Shown here: piece by piece, positions 27,733 to 38,794 of the stretch
Position numbering within the stretch: the stretch's first letter is position 1
How the letters are laid out: each line of letters starts with the position of its first letter
Assembly (NCBI GenBank): GCA_947452675.1
Contig: CANGDL010000006.1
Location: 9,886 to 73,885 of the forward strand
Direction of reading: 5' to 3'
Length of the DNA stretch: 64,000 bases
Source: Microbacteriaceae bacterium
Lineage (GTDB): Bacteria > Actinomycetota > Actinomycetes > Actinomycetales > Microbacteriaceae
Position numbers and translations under genes: made by a program
Notes under the pieces: model-generated
The model's input: only the letters and a program-made list of their open reading frames with translations
Databases searched by the model: none
What the model was told of the DNA's origin: nothing

Positions 27733-28346
27733 CGACTACCCTACGCGAGGAAATTCTCAACGGAACACTCGCGCCTGGTGACCGTCTAAGTCAGGAAGAC
27801 ATCGCCCTGCGATTCGGCGTAAGCCGTCAACCAGTTCGTGATGCCCTTCGTCAACTTGAGGGCGATGGGCTGATCACGATGGTGGCCAACGCGGGCGCAT
27901 GGGTTTCTAAGCTTTCTGAAGCCGAATGCTATGAGGCCTACCAGGTTCGCGAACGCCTTGAACCCCTGCTACTTTCGCAGAGCATCCCAAACCTTAAGCC
28001 GGCTCAGATTCAACGTCTCTCCGAGTTGGTTGCCGAGATTGAAAAATCCACCGACCTCGAACAATTCCTGCGCCTCGACCGCGAGTTTCATCTGCTCTCC
28101 TATGCCGGCGCAGCTCCAGGCATGTTGCGCGAATTTGTCGAACGCATCTGGAATACAACCCAGCACTATCGCCGAGCCTTCGCCAAGCTAAGCGGGTTTG
28201 CCACCTCCGAGGTGACTCACATGGAACACAAACTCATCCTTGATGGCATTGTGCGCCAAGATTCTCCACAGGCCGAAAATGCTCTCGAAGGTCACATTCG
28301 AAGGACCAGGGTCACCCTCTCCGAACATAAAGAAATCTTCAACTAA
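27705..28346 (+). CDS. GntR-family (FCD) transcriptional regulator
   Basis: LAPGDRL....[23 protein letters not shown]; FCD DREFH..EH..I. Confidence 0.92.
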   Translation: MAPSSPSRVATTLREEILNGTLAPGDRLSQEDIALRFGVSRQPVRDALRQLEGDGLITMVANAGAWVSKLSEAECYEAYQVRERLEPLLLSQSIPNLKPAQIQRLSELVAEIEKSTDLEQFLRLDREFHLLSYAGAAPGMLREFVERIWNTTQHYRRAFAKLSGFATSEVTHMEHKLILDGIVRQDSPQAENALEGHIRRTRVTLSEHKEIFN

Positions 28347-30139
28347 AGCTTCGTCAGGTTGCTTCGCAAGAGTTCGAGCTGTTGACCCATCTCGGCTGGT
28401 AACTGCTCACCGAACTTAGCAAAATACTCCGCGGTCAACTCGGCCTCGTGATGCCAAGCCGCCTTGTCGATTTGAAAAATCTCAGCCAGCTTCTCGTCAC
28501 TAATTGCGAGCCCTTCAAGGTTCAAATCTCGGATGATTGGCAGTTTGCCAATTGCCGACTCCTGAGCTGACACTTCGTTTTCTAGACGTCTGGCAATCCA
28601 CTCCATGACTCTGGCGTTCTCGCCGAATCCGGGCCATAAGAACTTTCCGTTGGCGTCCTTGCGGAACCAGTTGACCTGGAAAATTCTAGGGAGATCATCG
28701 GCTTTCAGAGACTGACCAACCTTTAGCCAGTGCTGCCAATAATCACCCATGTTGTATCCGCAGAACGGCAGCATGGCGAAAGGATCGCGGCGCAAGGTGC
28801 CTACCACTCCCTCGGCTGCGGCGGTTTGCTCGGATGAAATGGTGGCGCCCATGAACACGCCATGCTCCCAGTCGCGTGACTCAACAACCAACGGAACGTT
28901 GGTTGCTCGACGGCCGCCGAACAAGATGGCATCAAGGGGAACACCTGCTGGTGAGTCCCATTCTGGGTCGATGATCGGGCATTGCGAAAGCGAGACGGTG
29001 AAACGCGAATTAGGGTGAGCCGCCGGAGAACCGCTCAGCGGTGACCAAGCCTTGCCGGTCCAGTCGATAAGGTTTGCCGGAGCGTCATCGGTAAGGCCTT
29101 CCCACCAGACGTCTCCGTCTTCGGTTAGAGCCACGTTTGTAAAGATCGTGTTGGCTCTCATCGTCTCGACAGCCACCGGGTTGGTCTTGAGGCCCGTGCC
29201 GGGTGCAACGCCAAAGAAACCAGCTTCAGGATTTATGGCGCGGAGACGCCCATCCGAGTCGGGGGCAATCCAGGCGATGTCATCGCCGATGGTGGCAACC
29301 TTCCATCCTGGCAGAGTAGGTCGCAACATGGCCAGGTTGGTCTTGCCGCAGGCCGATGGGAATGCGGCAGCAATGTGAAAATTCTTACCCGAAGGCGAGG
29401 TTAGCTTCACTAGAAGCATGTGCTCAGCCAACCAACCTTCGTTGCGTCCAAGCACTGAACCGATGCGAAGCGACATGCACTTCTTCCCCAGCAAAGCATT
29501 GCCTCCATAACCCGAACCGAAAGACCAGATTTCGTTGCTTTCGGGGAATTGGGCGATGTATTTTTCGACGTTGCAAGGCCAAGTCGTGTCCGGTGACTGA
29601 ACCCCGTTCTCGTCTAAAAGGGGTGCACCGACCGAGTGAAGTGCCGGCACCCAATCGGCACCTTTGCTGATCTTCTCTAAGACACCGTTTGAGACGCGGG
29701 TCATGATGTGCATGCTCAAAACCACGTATGGGGAGTCGGTGATCTCGACACCGAAACGAGCCTGAGGAGAGTCGAGTGGACCCATCGCGAAAGGCACCAC
29801 ATACATGGTCCGGCCGCGCATGCTGCCCTTGAATAGGCTTCGCAAAAGATTCTTCATCCAGAGCGGGTCGCGCCAGTTGTTGGTTGGGCCCGCATCGACT
29901 TCGTGTGTGCTACAGATGAACGTTCGGTCTTCGACACGAGCGACGTCCGCAGGGTCGGTGCGAGCGAGAAAGCTGTTTGGGCGTAATTCTGGGTTCAAGC
30001 GGATAAATGTACCGTTAGAGACCAGTAATTCCGTAAGTTTGAGCCATTCCGCACTCGAGCCATCGCACCAAACGATTTCGCTCGGCTGGGTAAGTTTTGC
30101 GGTTTCAGCCACCCATTGTTCGACAGTTAGAACAGTCAT
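28343..30139 (-). CDS. pckG: Phosphoenolpyruvate carboxykinase [GTP]
   Basis: [55 protein letters not shown]. Confidence 0.97.
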   Translation of the reverse strand: MTVLTVEQWVAETAKLTQPSEIVWCDGSSAEWLKLTELLVSNGTFIRLNPELRPNSFLARTDPADVARVEDRTFICSTHEVDAGPTNNWRDPLWMKNLLRSLFKGSMRGRTMYVVPFAMGPLDSPQARFGVEITDSPYVVLSMHIMTRVSNGVLEKISKGADWVPALHSVGAPLLDENGVQSPDTTWPCNVEKYIAQFPESNEIWSFGSGYGGNALLGKKCMSLRIGSVLGRNEGWLAEHMLLVKLTSPSGKNFHIAAAFPSACGKTNLAMLRPTLPGWKVATIGDDIAWIAPDSDGRLRAINPEAGFFGVAPGTGLKTNPVAVETMRANTIFTNVALTEDGDVWWEGLTDDAPANLIDWTGKAWSPLSGSPAAHPNSRFTVSLSQCPIIDPEWDSPAGVPLDAILFGGRRATNVPLVVESRDWEHGVFMGATISSEQTAAAEGVVGTLRRDPFAMLPFCGYNMGDYWQHWLKVGQSLKADDLPRIFQVNWFRKDANGKFLWPGFGENARVMEWIARRLENEVSAQESAIGKLPIIRDLNLEGLAISDEKLAEIFQIDKAAWHHEAELTAEYFAKFGEQLPAEMGQQLELLRSNLTKL

Positions 30140-30173
30140 TGCCTAGGACCCCTTTGTCCGTAATCAATTTTTA

Positions 30174-30192
30174 TGTTTAGTGTAGATGAACA
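30174..30192. promoter_or_regulatory. Island operator copy 4 (TGTTTAGTGTAGATGAACA)
   Basis: Reverse complement TGTTCATCTACACTAAACA, one mismatch to copy 1; upstream of pckG. Confidence 0.65.
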
Positions 30193-30225
30193 ACAGTAGC
30201 AAGAAAAAGGCTGGAATTGCTATTA

Positions 30226-30244
30226 TGTTAAACATAGGTGAACC
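30226..30244. promoter_or_regulatory. Island operator copy 5 (TGTTAAACATAGGTGAACC)
   Basis: TGTTAA-N7-TGAACC directly upstream of the gabD RBS. Confidence 0.55.
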
Positions 30245-30262
30245 AGTTCGAAGGAGAACAGC

Positions 30263-31744
30263 ATGTCAATCACGGCTCAGGACGAAACAAGAGTTCTCGC
30301 GAGTGTGCCTAAGGGCCTTTTGATTGATGGAGTTTGGCGTGACTCCTCGGATGGTTCAACTCTTGATGTGACCGACCCGGCAACCGGTGAGGTTGTGGCA
30401 ACCATCGCCAGTGCCACCGCAGCCGACGGCCTAGCGGCGCTAGATGCTGCCGACCGTGCTCAGGCCGCCTGGGCCAAGACAGCACCGCGCTATCGCGCAG
30501 AGATTCTTCGAGCAGCCTTTGAGCGTGTGATCGAACTCGCCGATGACTTTGCCATTTTGATGTCGATTGAAATGGGCAAGCCATTCGCCGAAGCTAAGGG
30601 TGAAGTGCTTTATGGGGCCGAGTTCCTGCGTTGGTTCAGCGAAGAAGCGGCTCGAATCTCCGGCCGTTTCGGCACCGCACCCGATGGCAAAATGCGTCTT
30701 ATGGTTCAGAAGCGCCCGGTTGGCCCGAGCCTCTTCATCACACCTTGGAATTTTCCACTGGCAATGGCGACCCGCAAAATCGCACCGGCCATTGCCGCCG
30801 GCTGCACCATGGTTCTAAAGCCGGCCGCGCTCACCCCGCTTACTTCTCTGCTGTTTGCCAAAGTGCTTGAAGAAGTCGGCGTTCCAGCCGGAGTTGTGAA
30901 CGTCATCCCAACTTCCACCTCAGGCGCGGTTACCGGGCCAATCATCAAGGATGCGCGCCTGCGCAAACTCTCGTTCACCGGCTCTACCCCGGTTGGTCGC
31001 CGACTGATCGCCGATTCAGCCGATCGCGTGCTTCGGGTGTCGATGGAGCTTGGTGGCAATGCCCCGTTCATCGTCTTCGAGGATGCTGACCTAGACAAGG
31101 CGGTGAACGGCGCGATGCTCGCCAAGCTGCGCAACATGGGCGAGGCTTGCACCGCAGCGAACCGCATGATCGTTCATGAGAGCGTTGCTGATGAGTTCGC
31201 CACCAAGCTTGCCTCCAAAATGGGTGACCTTAGGGTGCAGCGCGGCCTTAGCGATGGCTCAAATATTGGCCCGATTATCGACTCCAAGAGTCGAGATTCA
31301 ATTCATGAGCTCGTCACCGATGCCGTTTCCAAGGGCGCCAAAATCCTAACCGGCGGTCAGATTCCGGCCGGACAGGGCTTCTTTTATCCACCAACCGTTC
31401 TGGCCGGAGTGAGCAAGGATGCTCGTATTTTGCAAGAAGAAGTATTCGGCCCGGTTGCTCCGATTGTGACCTTCAAGACCGAGGCCGAAGCGGTTGCCCT
31501 GGCCAACAACACTGAGTATGGCTTGGTGGCATACGCATTCACCAAGGATCTCAACCGAGGATTGCGCCTGGCCGAGAGCCTTGAGATCGGAATGTTCGGT
31601 TTGAACACCGGTATCGTCTCTAACCCGGCAGCACCTTTCGGCGGAGTCAAGGCTTCGGGAGTTGGCCGTGAGGGTGGCCGTGAGGGCATCGAAGAGTATC
31701 TCGAGACCGTTTACATCGGTATTGCCGACCCGTTCGAAGACTAA
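30263..31744 (+). CDS. gabD: NAD(P)-dependent succinate-semialdehyde dehydrogenase (GabD-like)
   Basis: EFLRWFSEEA, TPWNFPLAMATRKIAPA, FTGST, ELGGNAP, RNMGEAC, PFGGVK.SG.GREG. Confidence 0.85.
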   Translation: MSITAQDETRVLASVPKGLLIDGVWRDSSDGSTLDVTDPATGEVVATIASATAADGLAALDAADRAQAAWAKTAPRYRAEILRAAFERVIELADDFAILMSIEMGKPFAEAKGEVLYGAEFLRWFSEEAARISGRFGTAPDGKMRLMVQKRPVGPSLFITPWNFPLAMATRKIAPAIAAGCTMVLKPAALTPLTSLLFAKVLEEVGVPAGVVNVIPTSTSGAVTGPIIKDARLRKLSFTGSTPVGRRLIADSADRVLRVSMELGGNAPFIVFEDADLDKAVNGAMLAKLRNMGEACTAANRMIVHESVADEFATKLASKMGDLRVQRGLSDGSNIGPIIDSKSRDSIHELVTDAVSKGAKILTGGQIPAGQGFFYPPTVLAGVSKDARILQEEVFGPVAPIVTFKTEAEAVALANNTEYGLVAYAFTKDLNRGLRLAESLEIGMFGLNTGIVSNPAAPFGGVKASGVGREGGREGIEEYLETVYIGIADPFED

Positions 31745-31765
31745 AGGCAAAGTGAGAGTTTCCGC

Positions 31766-32485
31766 CTAGCGGCCGAAAATTCTCTTGAAACCGAGCTTGG
31801 TAACCAGCAGCATCGCTTCAATGACGATCGACTGACTCATTTTTGACACGCCGTGTTCGCGCTCGATAAACGTGATTGGAACCTCGGTGATGTTAGCGCC
31901 ATCAAGTTCAGACTTTCGCGTCATCTCCACTTGAAATGAGTAGCCTCGCGCGCTCAGATCGGCTAGGTTGATGCGGTTCAAAAGGCCGGCCTTATAAACC
32001 CGGAAGCCGGCGGTCATATCTTTTACCTTAGACGCGAGCATGATTCGCGCATAGATGTTGCCGCCACGAGAAAGCACTAGTCGATGCCAAGGCCAGTTTT
32101 CTACTTTGCCTCCGCGGGTCCAGCGCGAGCCGATTACTAAATCGCTGGTTGGCGCTGCAGTGAGCATAGCCGGAAGATCTTCGGCTCTGTGGCTGCCATC
32201 CGCGTCCATCTCGACCAGGTATTCAAAGCCTCGTTCGATGCCCCAGGCAAACCCGGCCATGTAGGCTCCGGCCAGCCCGTTCTTTTCTTTGCGATGCATT
32301 ACGTTAATGCGCTTATCCGTCGTTGCCATCGAGGCGGCAATAGCGCCGGTACCATCCGGGCTATTGTCGTCGACAATCAAAAGCGAAACGTCCGGGTTGA
32401 ACTCGAAGAGCTTTTTCACCGAGTGCTCGATATTCATCGACTCGTTGTAAGTCGGCATGATTACGAGCACGTTCATTTTGGTCAT
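31766..32485 (-). CDS. Polyprenol-monophosphomannose synthase-like GT2
   Basis: PTYNE, VDDNSPDGTG, MDADGSH, D.TAGFR, GYSFQVE, F.ER..G.SKM. Confidence 0.88.
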   Translation of the reverse strand: MTKMNVLVIMPTYNESMNIEHSVKKLFEFNPDVSLLIVDDNSPDGTGAIAASMATTDKRINVMHRKEKNGLAGAYMAGFAWGIERGFEYLVEMDADGSHRAEDLPAMLTAAPTSDLVIGSRWTRGGKVENWPWHRLVLSRGGNIYARIMLASKVKDMTAGFRVYKAGLLNRINLADLSARGYSFQVEMTRKSELDGANITEVPITFIEREHGVSKMSQSIVIEAMLLVTKLGFKRIFGR

Positions 32486-32549
32486 GAGTAACAATCTTCC
32501 AGCAGAGTCTGGGAGTTGTCTGAGATTGCGACGCAAAAATCAGCTGCGC

Positions 32550-33038
32550 CTAGATTACTTTCAGTTGCCCGTCGCCAAGCAGAACCGGTTCACCAAGCAG
32601 TTCCAGGGCCTCTGCATCACTGAACAGCCGAGAGCGAATGATAAAGCGCAGGCCCTCGGGGGTCTCGAGTGAGAATCCGCCACCTCGCCCGGGCACTACA
32701 TCGATGGTGATGTGAGTGTGCTTCCAGTATTCGAACTGCTCAAGTGAAATCCAAACCTTGATTGGCCCAGAGTCGACGCCGGTGGGAGTCTTCAAGTCAC
32801 GGATGAACAGCTCACCGAGCAGCACGTCGGCGCCGCCGACACGAAACTCGCCGGCGGTGTAACACATCGGCGCCGAACCATCGCAGCAACCACCAGACTG
32901 ATGAAACATCAGCGGGCCGTGAATAGAAGTGAGCTTGCGCAAAAGACCGTCGGCGGCCAAGGTGGTCTCAATGCGAACTGGAAGAGACCCGTAAAGGGGA
33001 GCCGCCGAAGCGACTCCCCTTTCTGGAGTTTGGTTCAT
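32550..33038 (-). CDS. DUF779 family protein
   Basis: HGPLMFHQSGGCCDGSAPMCY..QFEYWKHTH..DVVPGRGGGFSLE.PEG.RF. Confidence 0.93.
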   Translation of the reverse strand: MNQTPERGVASAAPLYGSLPVRIETTLAADGLLRKLTSIHGPLMFHQSGGCCDGSAPMCYTAGEFRVGGADVLLGELFIRDLKTPTGVDSGPIKVWISLEQFEYWKHTHITIDVVPGRGGGFSLETPEGLRFIIRSRLFSDAEALELLGEPVLLGDGQLKVI

Positions 33039-33039
33039 T

Positions 33040-34563
<1,524 letters not shown>

Positions 34564-34685
34564 TGCTATTTTCCTTTCGAAGCCGGCTTCCTTGCCAGCC
34601 ATTTCGATCCCGGCCGGCACCATCGCCGACCAACGCTTGTGAATCTACGCCCGCTTTGATTTCAGTTCGATAACGAACTGCGCTG

Positions 34686-34740
34686 ACTAGCCGGAAGCAC
34701 GCAAATCGGCTAGTTGACCCCCTAGCCAAATGGCTAGGGG
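34686..34740. promoter_or_regulatory. Two CTAGCC/GGCTAG inverted repeats (LuxR/NarL-type sites)
   Basis: ACTAGCCG..CGGCTAGT (34686-34714) and CCCCTAGCCA-AA-TGGCTAGGGG (34719-34740) between divergent aldehyde DH and regulator. Confidence 0.55.
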
Positions 34741-34759
34741 TAGGGGTAATGTATCGACT

Positions 34760-35470
34760 ATGGACACCGACGTTCGCAACGAAGTAAAAGCCGACCACCG
34801 CCCAGATGTTTCGCTGGGTAGGCGCTCGCCGCTTGCCAAGACTCGAATCGTGGTCGCCGATCGAAACGTGATCACTCGAGTTGGTCTTCGAAGCATCCTA
34901 GAGCGCAATGCGGGTATGGCCGTTGTGGCCGAGGCGACAAGTTATGAGGCTGCCCTCGATGCCGTAGACGAGCACGGTCCCGACGTTTTGATTATTGACC
35001 TCGACTTAGGTGATGACACCACGCGCGGTTTGAAACTCTGCGAGGAAGTCACCGATCGCTATCCGGCCACAAAAATTTTGGTGCTTGCACAAAAACTCAG
35101 CGAGATGATCGTGGTCGAAGCCCTGCGCCGCGGCGTCACCGGCTACCTAAGCAAGGATGATGTGAAGGCCGACGAACTCGGCAAAGGTGTGCGCGCGGTT
35201 CAGGATGGCGAAACCGTTCTAGGCAAAGGTGTTGGTTCGATGGTTGCCCGAGGGCTCGGCTCAACGCGCGGCGCAGCCGAGCATCTGACCGATCGCGAGT
35301 TGGAAGTCATCCGTGCTGTCGCGGCCGGCCTCAGTAACAAGCAGATTGCCCATCAGGCCTTCATCAGCGAGAGCACGGTGAAGTTTCACCTGCAGAACGC
35401 ATCGCGCAAACTAAACGCCCACCGCCGGGCCGAAATCGTGCACCGCGCCTCTGCCGCAGGGCTGCTTTAA
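34760..35470 (+). CDS. NarL/LuxR-family response regulator (no adjacent kinase)
   Basis: REC domain (PDVLIIDL, GYLSK) + LTDRE.EV...VA.GLSNKQIA...ISESTVKFHL. Confidence 0.9.
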   Translation: MDTDVRNEVKADHRPDVSLGRRSPLAKTRIVVADRNVITRVGLRSILERNAGMAVVAEATSYEAALDAVDEHGPDVLIIDLDLGDDTTRGLKLCEEVTDRYPATKILVLAQKLSEMIVVEALRRGVTGYLSKDDVKADELGKGVRAVQDGETVLGKGVGSMVARGLGSTRGAAEHLTDRELEVIRAVAAGLSNKQIAHQAFISESTVKFHLQNASRKLNAHRRAEIVHRASAAGLL

Positions 35471-35504
35471 GCCGCCACGACTGCCCTAGAGCTGCTGGCT
35501 CGAT

Positions 35505-36899
35505 CTAACTAAACTTCACAAACCGCTTGGTGAGGCATTCGCCGTTGGTTTCGATGACCTTTGCATACCATTTGCCTGATTCTTTAACTGTGCGGACCTG
35601 AGTGTCAAAGTCAACGTGCACGATTCCAAAGCGTTTGTTGAAACCCTCCGCCCACTCGAAGTTGTCCATAAGCGACCACTGAAAATAACCGCGAACATCG
35701 GCACCGCGTGAAATCGCAGACTCGATTGATAGCAAGTGGTCGTTCAGGTAGCTCACGCGACGGTCGTCGTGGATCAAACCATCCATGCTCAAAGCATCGT
35801 CGTAGGCCACGCCGTTTTCGGTGACAAACATCGGTGGAATCAGGTCGCCATACTCGCGCGTCCATCGAACCAGCAAGTCACCCAACCCGTATGGGGTGAT
35901 TGGCCAACCCATGTCGGTGAGAGTGCCCACGGCTTGGCTTTCAACTGCGAACCCGGCTAGCTCATCAATGAAACGTGCTCTACTCGGATGGTCAGCCGAT
36001 ACCTCGTGCCCGATTCTGGTGTTGAAGTAGAAGTTCACGCCCAGCCAATCGTTCTTGACAACTTCGAGATCACCCTCGTGAATCAGCTTGCTCAGGCGGT
36101 CACCGTAGAGGCTAAGCACGCGCTGGGAGTATTCACCCTTGAAGAGGCCATCCATCCAGAACAGATTTGTGAAGGCGTCAAATATCGCGGCTGCCTCTAA
36201 CTGCTTCGGGTCGCTGATGTCATCAACGTCTGGTTGGCTTTGGCTCAGAACCGGGCCGACCAGCGCGTTCGGGCGTACCGATTTTATGGCCTTGTATGCG
36301 CGATTGTGTGCGACGACGGTGTGGTGGCTCGCAGCAATTGCCTTGTCGAAAGAGGTTTCGCCCGGTGCGTGAACGCCAGAACCGTAACCCAACCAGCTCA
36401 TTACCCAAGGTTCGTTGATAGTGGCGAAGCGGCTGACGCGGTCGCCAAATGCCTCCGCAACGGCACGAGCATAGTTTTCGAAAGGCTCGAGAATTGCCCG
36501 GTTAGCCCAGCCGCCAATGTCTTCAAGTGGCTGCGGTAAATCCCAGTGGTAAATGGTGGCGACTGGTTCAATTCCGGCTGAGACCAGCGCATCAATGAGT
36601 CGGTCGTAGAAATCAAAACCGCGTTCTTCGCGAACATCGTCACCATTCGGAAATAGGCGGGTCCAGGAAATCGAAAAACGATAGGCCTTAACGCCCATGT
36701 CTTTCATAATCTGAATGTCTTCGAGATAACGGTGATAGTGGTCGTTGGCAATCAACCCGTTGTCGCCATTAGCGACCTTGCCAGGGGTGGCCGAGAACGT
36801 GTCCCAGATCGAAGCCCCGCGACCATCGGTCTGGGCAGCACCCTCCACCTGGTAGGCGGCAGTGGCAACACCCCAAAGAAAGTCTTTCGGAAACGGCAC
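35505..36899 (-). CDS. GH1 beta-glucosidase
   Basis: FLWGVATAAYQVEG, YRFSISW, TINEP acid/base, VTENG nucleophile, WSLMDNFEW; GTG after GAGGAGG. Confidence 0.95.
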   Translation of the reverse strand: MPFPKDFLWGVATAAYQVEGAAQTDGRGASIWDTFSATPGKVANGDNGLIANDHYHRYLEDIQIMKDMGVKAYRFSISWTRLFPNGDDVREERGFDFYDRLIDALVSAGIEPVATIYHWDLPQPLEDIGGWANRAILEPFENYARAVAEAFGDRVSRFATINEPWVMSWLGYGSGVHAPGETSFDKAIAASHHTVVAHNRAYKAIKSVRPNALVGPVLSQSQPDVDDISDPKQLEAAAIFDAFTNLFWMDGLFKGEYSQRVLSLYGDRLSKLIHEGDLEVVKNDWLGVNFYFNTRIGHEVSADHPSRARFIDELAGFAVESQAVGTLTDMGWPITPYGLGDLLVRWTREYGDLIPPMFVTENGVAYDDALSMDGLIHDDRRVSYLNDHLLSIESAISRGADVRGYFQWSLMDNFEWAEGFNKRFGIVHVDFDTQVRTVKESGKWYAKVIETNGECLTKRFVKFS

Positions 36900-36924
36900 G
36901 ATTGCCTCCTCGCTCGGCTTGGTT

Positions 36925-37761
36925 TTAGATCGGTTCGATTCCGTAGGCCTTGGCCAACTTGTCAATCTTTTCGGCGCGACCAAGACGAGGCATATCGGAA
37001 CCGTCACGGATGACGCGACCGCGAGCCTCGAAGTCGTTCAAGAAGTCGCGTGCCCAGGTGACGTCGGCCTGAGTCGGGCAGATGGTTTCGTTGATCACCG
37101 GAATCTGACCAGGGTCAACGGTCAATTTGCCGGTTAGGCCAAGAACGACGGTGTGCTCAGAGGCCACTCGCAGCTGGCTGTAGCTGGTGGTGATAGTTGG
37201 GCCATCGATTGGTCCAGGCAAGTGGCCGATCCGGCTCGCGGTAACCAGCCGTGATCGTGGGTAGAGCATCGCCATGTCGTCGGCCGCGGTTCCGGTGTCA
37301 CGACGATAATCGCCGCTGCCGAAGGCAAGACGGAAGGTTCCTCGAGCACAGGCTATGTTGCGAGCCTCTTCGATGCCGAGTGCTGATTCGACCAATGCAA
37401 CCACTGGGGTGACTCCACCGAGTGCATCAAATGTGGCCTCCACCTGCGCAGCATCTTCGACCTTGGCGAGCACGACGCCGAGTAGGTTTTTTACGCCCTT
37501 AAGTGCTGCAACGTCGGCGGCCCAAAACGGTGTGGTGTAGTCGTTGATTCGGACCCATGCCCTGTTTCCGGCTTCAAGCCAGGCGATTACGTCGGCAAGA
37601 GCCTGAGGCTTAAGTTTCGGGTCGACCGCATCCTCGACGTCGAGCACAAGCTGGTCGGTGCCAGACTCGAGTGCCTTATCGAAACTCTCAGGTTTGGTCG
37701 CTGCAAAGAGCAACCAAGATCGTGAAATTTCGGCCGGGATATGCTTCTTCTTTGAGGTCAT
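36925..37761 (-). CDS. CitE/HpcH-HpaI aldolase-citrate lyase family protein
   Basis: RSWLL, LDVEDAV, WVRIN, LVESALG, RLAFG.GD, PIDGPT. Confidence 0.85.
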   Translation of the reverse strand: MTSKKKHIPAEISRSWLLFAATKPESFDKALESGTDQLVLDVEDAVDPKLKPQALADVIAWLEAGNRAWVRINDYTTPFWAADVAALKGVKNLLGVVLAKVEDAAQVEATFDALGGVTPVVALVESALGIEEARNIACARGTFRLAFGSGDYRRDTGTAADDMAMLYPRSRLVTASRIGHLPGPIDGPTITTSYSQLRVASEHTVVLGLTGKLTVDPGQIPVINETICPTQADVTWARDFLNDFEARGRVIRDGSDMPRLGRAEKIDKLAKAYGIEPI

Positions 37762-37837
37762 TACTCGAGCCTAACAATGGCAGATGACGTTTAGATTACA
37801 AACGATAATGAGATTATTCGACTCCAATGAAGGAAGC

Positions 37838-38764
37838 ATGATGTCAAACCGAATTCGACTGCCAAAGACCAACCTCGAAGTCTCGCCGATTTGCCTTGGA
37901 GGCAACGTATTCGGTTGGAGTGCAAACCAGGATGAGAGCTTCGCGGTGCTCGACGCATTCGTCGAAGCGGGTGGCAATTTCATCGATACCGCCGACGTCT
38001 ATTCGGAGTGGGTCGAGGGTCACGTCGGTGGCGAGAGCGAAACCATCCTCGGTGAGTGGATGGCTGCTCGAGGCAATCGACCGCAGATCATCCTGGCGAC
38101 CAAGGTGGCAATGCTTTCAACGCGACCTGGTTTGTCGCGCGCAAATATCATGGCCGCGGTTGATGACTCGCTGCGCCGCCTGCAGACCGACTACATCGAT
38201 CTTTACTACGCGCACCAGGATGACAAAACTACTGCACTCGAAGAGACGCTTGGCGCCTTCGACGAACTCGTGAAGGCCGGAAAGGTTCGCAATATTGGAG
38301 CGTCAAACTATGACGGCGCCCGGTTGCGCGAAGCTTCTCAGGTCAGCAACGAAAATGGCTTCGCCGAATACTCGGTCTTGCAGAACCGCTACAACCTGGT
38401 CGACCGCGAGGAATACGAATCTGACGCCGCCATCGCGCTAGCCGAGCTCGGCTTTTCTTGCGTGCCTTTCTATGGAATTGCGGTCGGCTTTTTGACCGGA
38501 AAGTATCAGCCAGGTGTCGATGTTGAATCGGCACGTGCCGAGGGTGCAAAGAGATACTTCAGGGATGCAAACTGGGCGACTTTAGCCAAGGTCAGCAAGC
38601 TAGCTCGCGGTCACGGAGTGAGTGAAGCAGCGATTGCACTTGCTTGGCTGCGTGCGCAGCCAACCGTAGGTGTGCCGATTGCCAGCGCCAGAACTGTTGC
38701 GCAGGTCGCAGAACTTATGCAGCAAGTAGAGCTAAGCGCCGAAGAGTTGGCGCTCTTCAACTAA
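37838..38764 (+). CDS. Aldo/keto reductase
   Basis: LGGNVFGW, NFIDTADVY, SLRRLQTDYIDLYYAH, IGASN, PIASA. Confidence 0.93.
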   Translation: MMSNRIRLPKTNLEVSPICLGGNVFGWSANQDESFAVLDAFVEAGGNFIDTADVYSEWVEGHVGGESETILGEWMAARGNRPQIILATKVAMLSTRPGLSRANIMAAVDDSLRRLQTDYIDLYYAHQDDKTTALEETLGAFDELVKAGKVRNIGASNYDGARLREASQVSNENGFAEYSVLQNRYNLVDREEYESDAAIALAELGFSCVPFYGIAVGFLTGKYQPGVDVESARAEGAKRYFRDANWATLAKVSKLARGHGVSEAAIALAWLRAQPTVGVPIASARTVAQVAELMQQVELSAEELALFN

Positions 38765-38794
38765 CCGCGAATGACCTGCGGAATTTCCGCGGGC

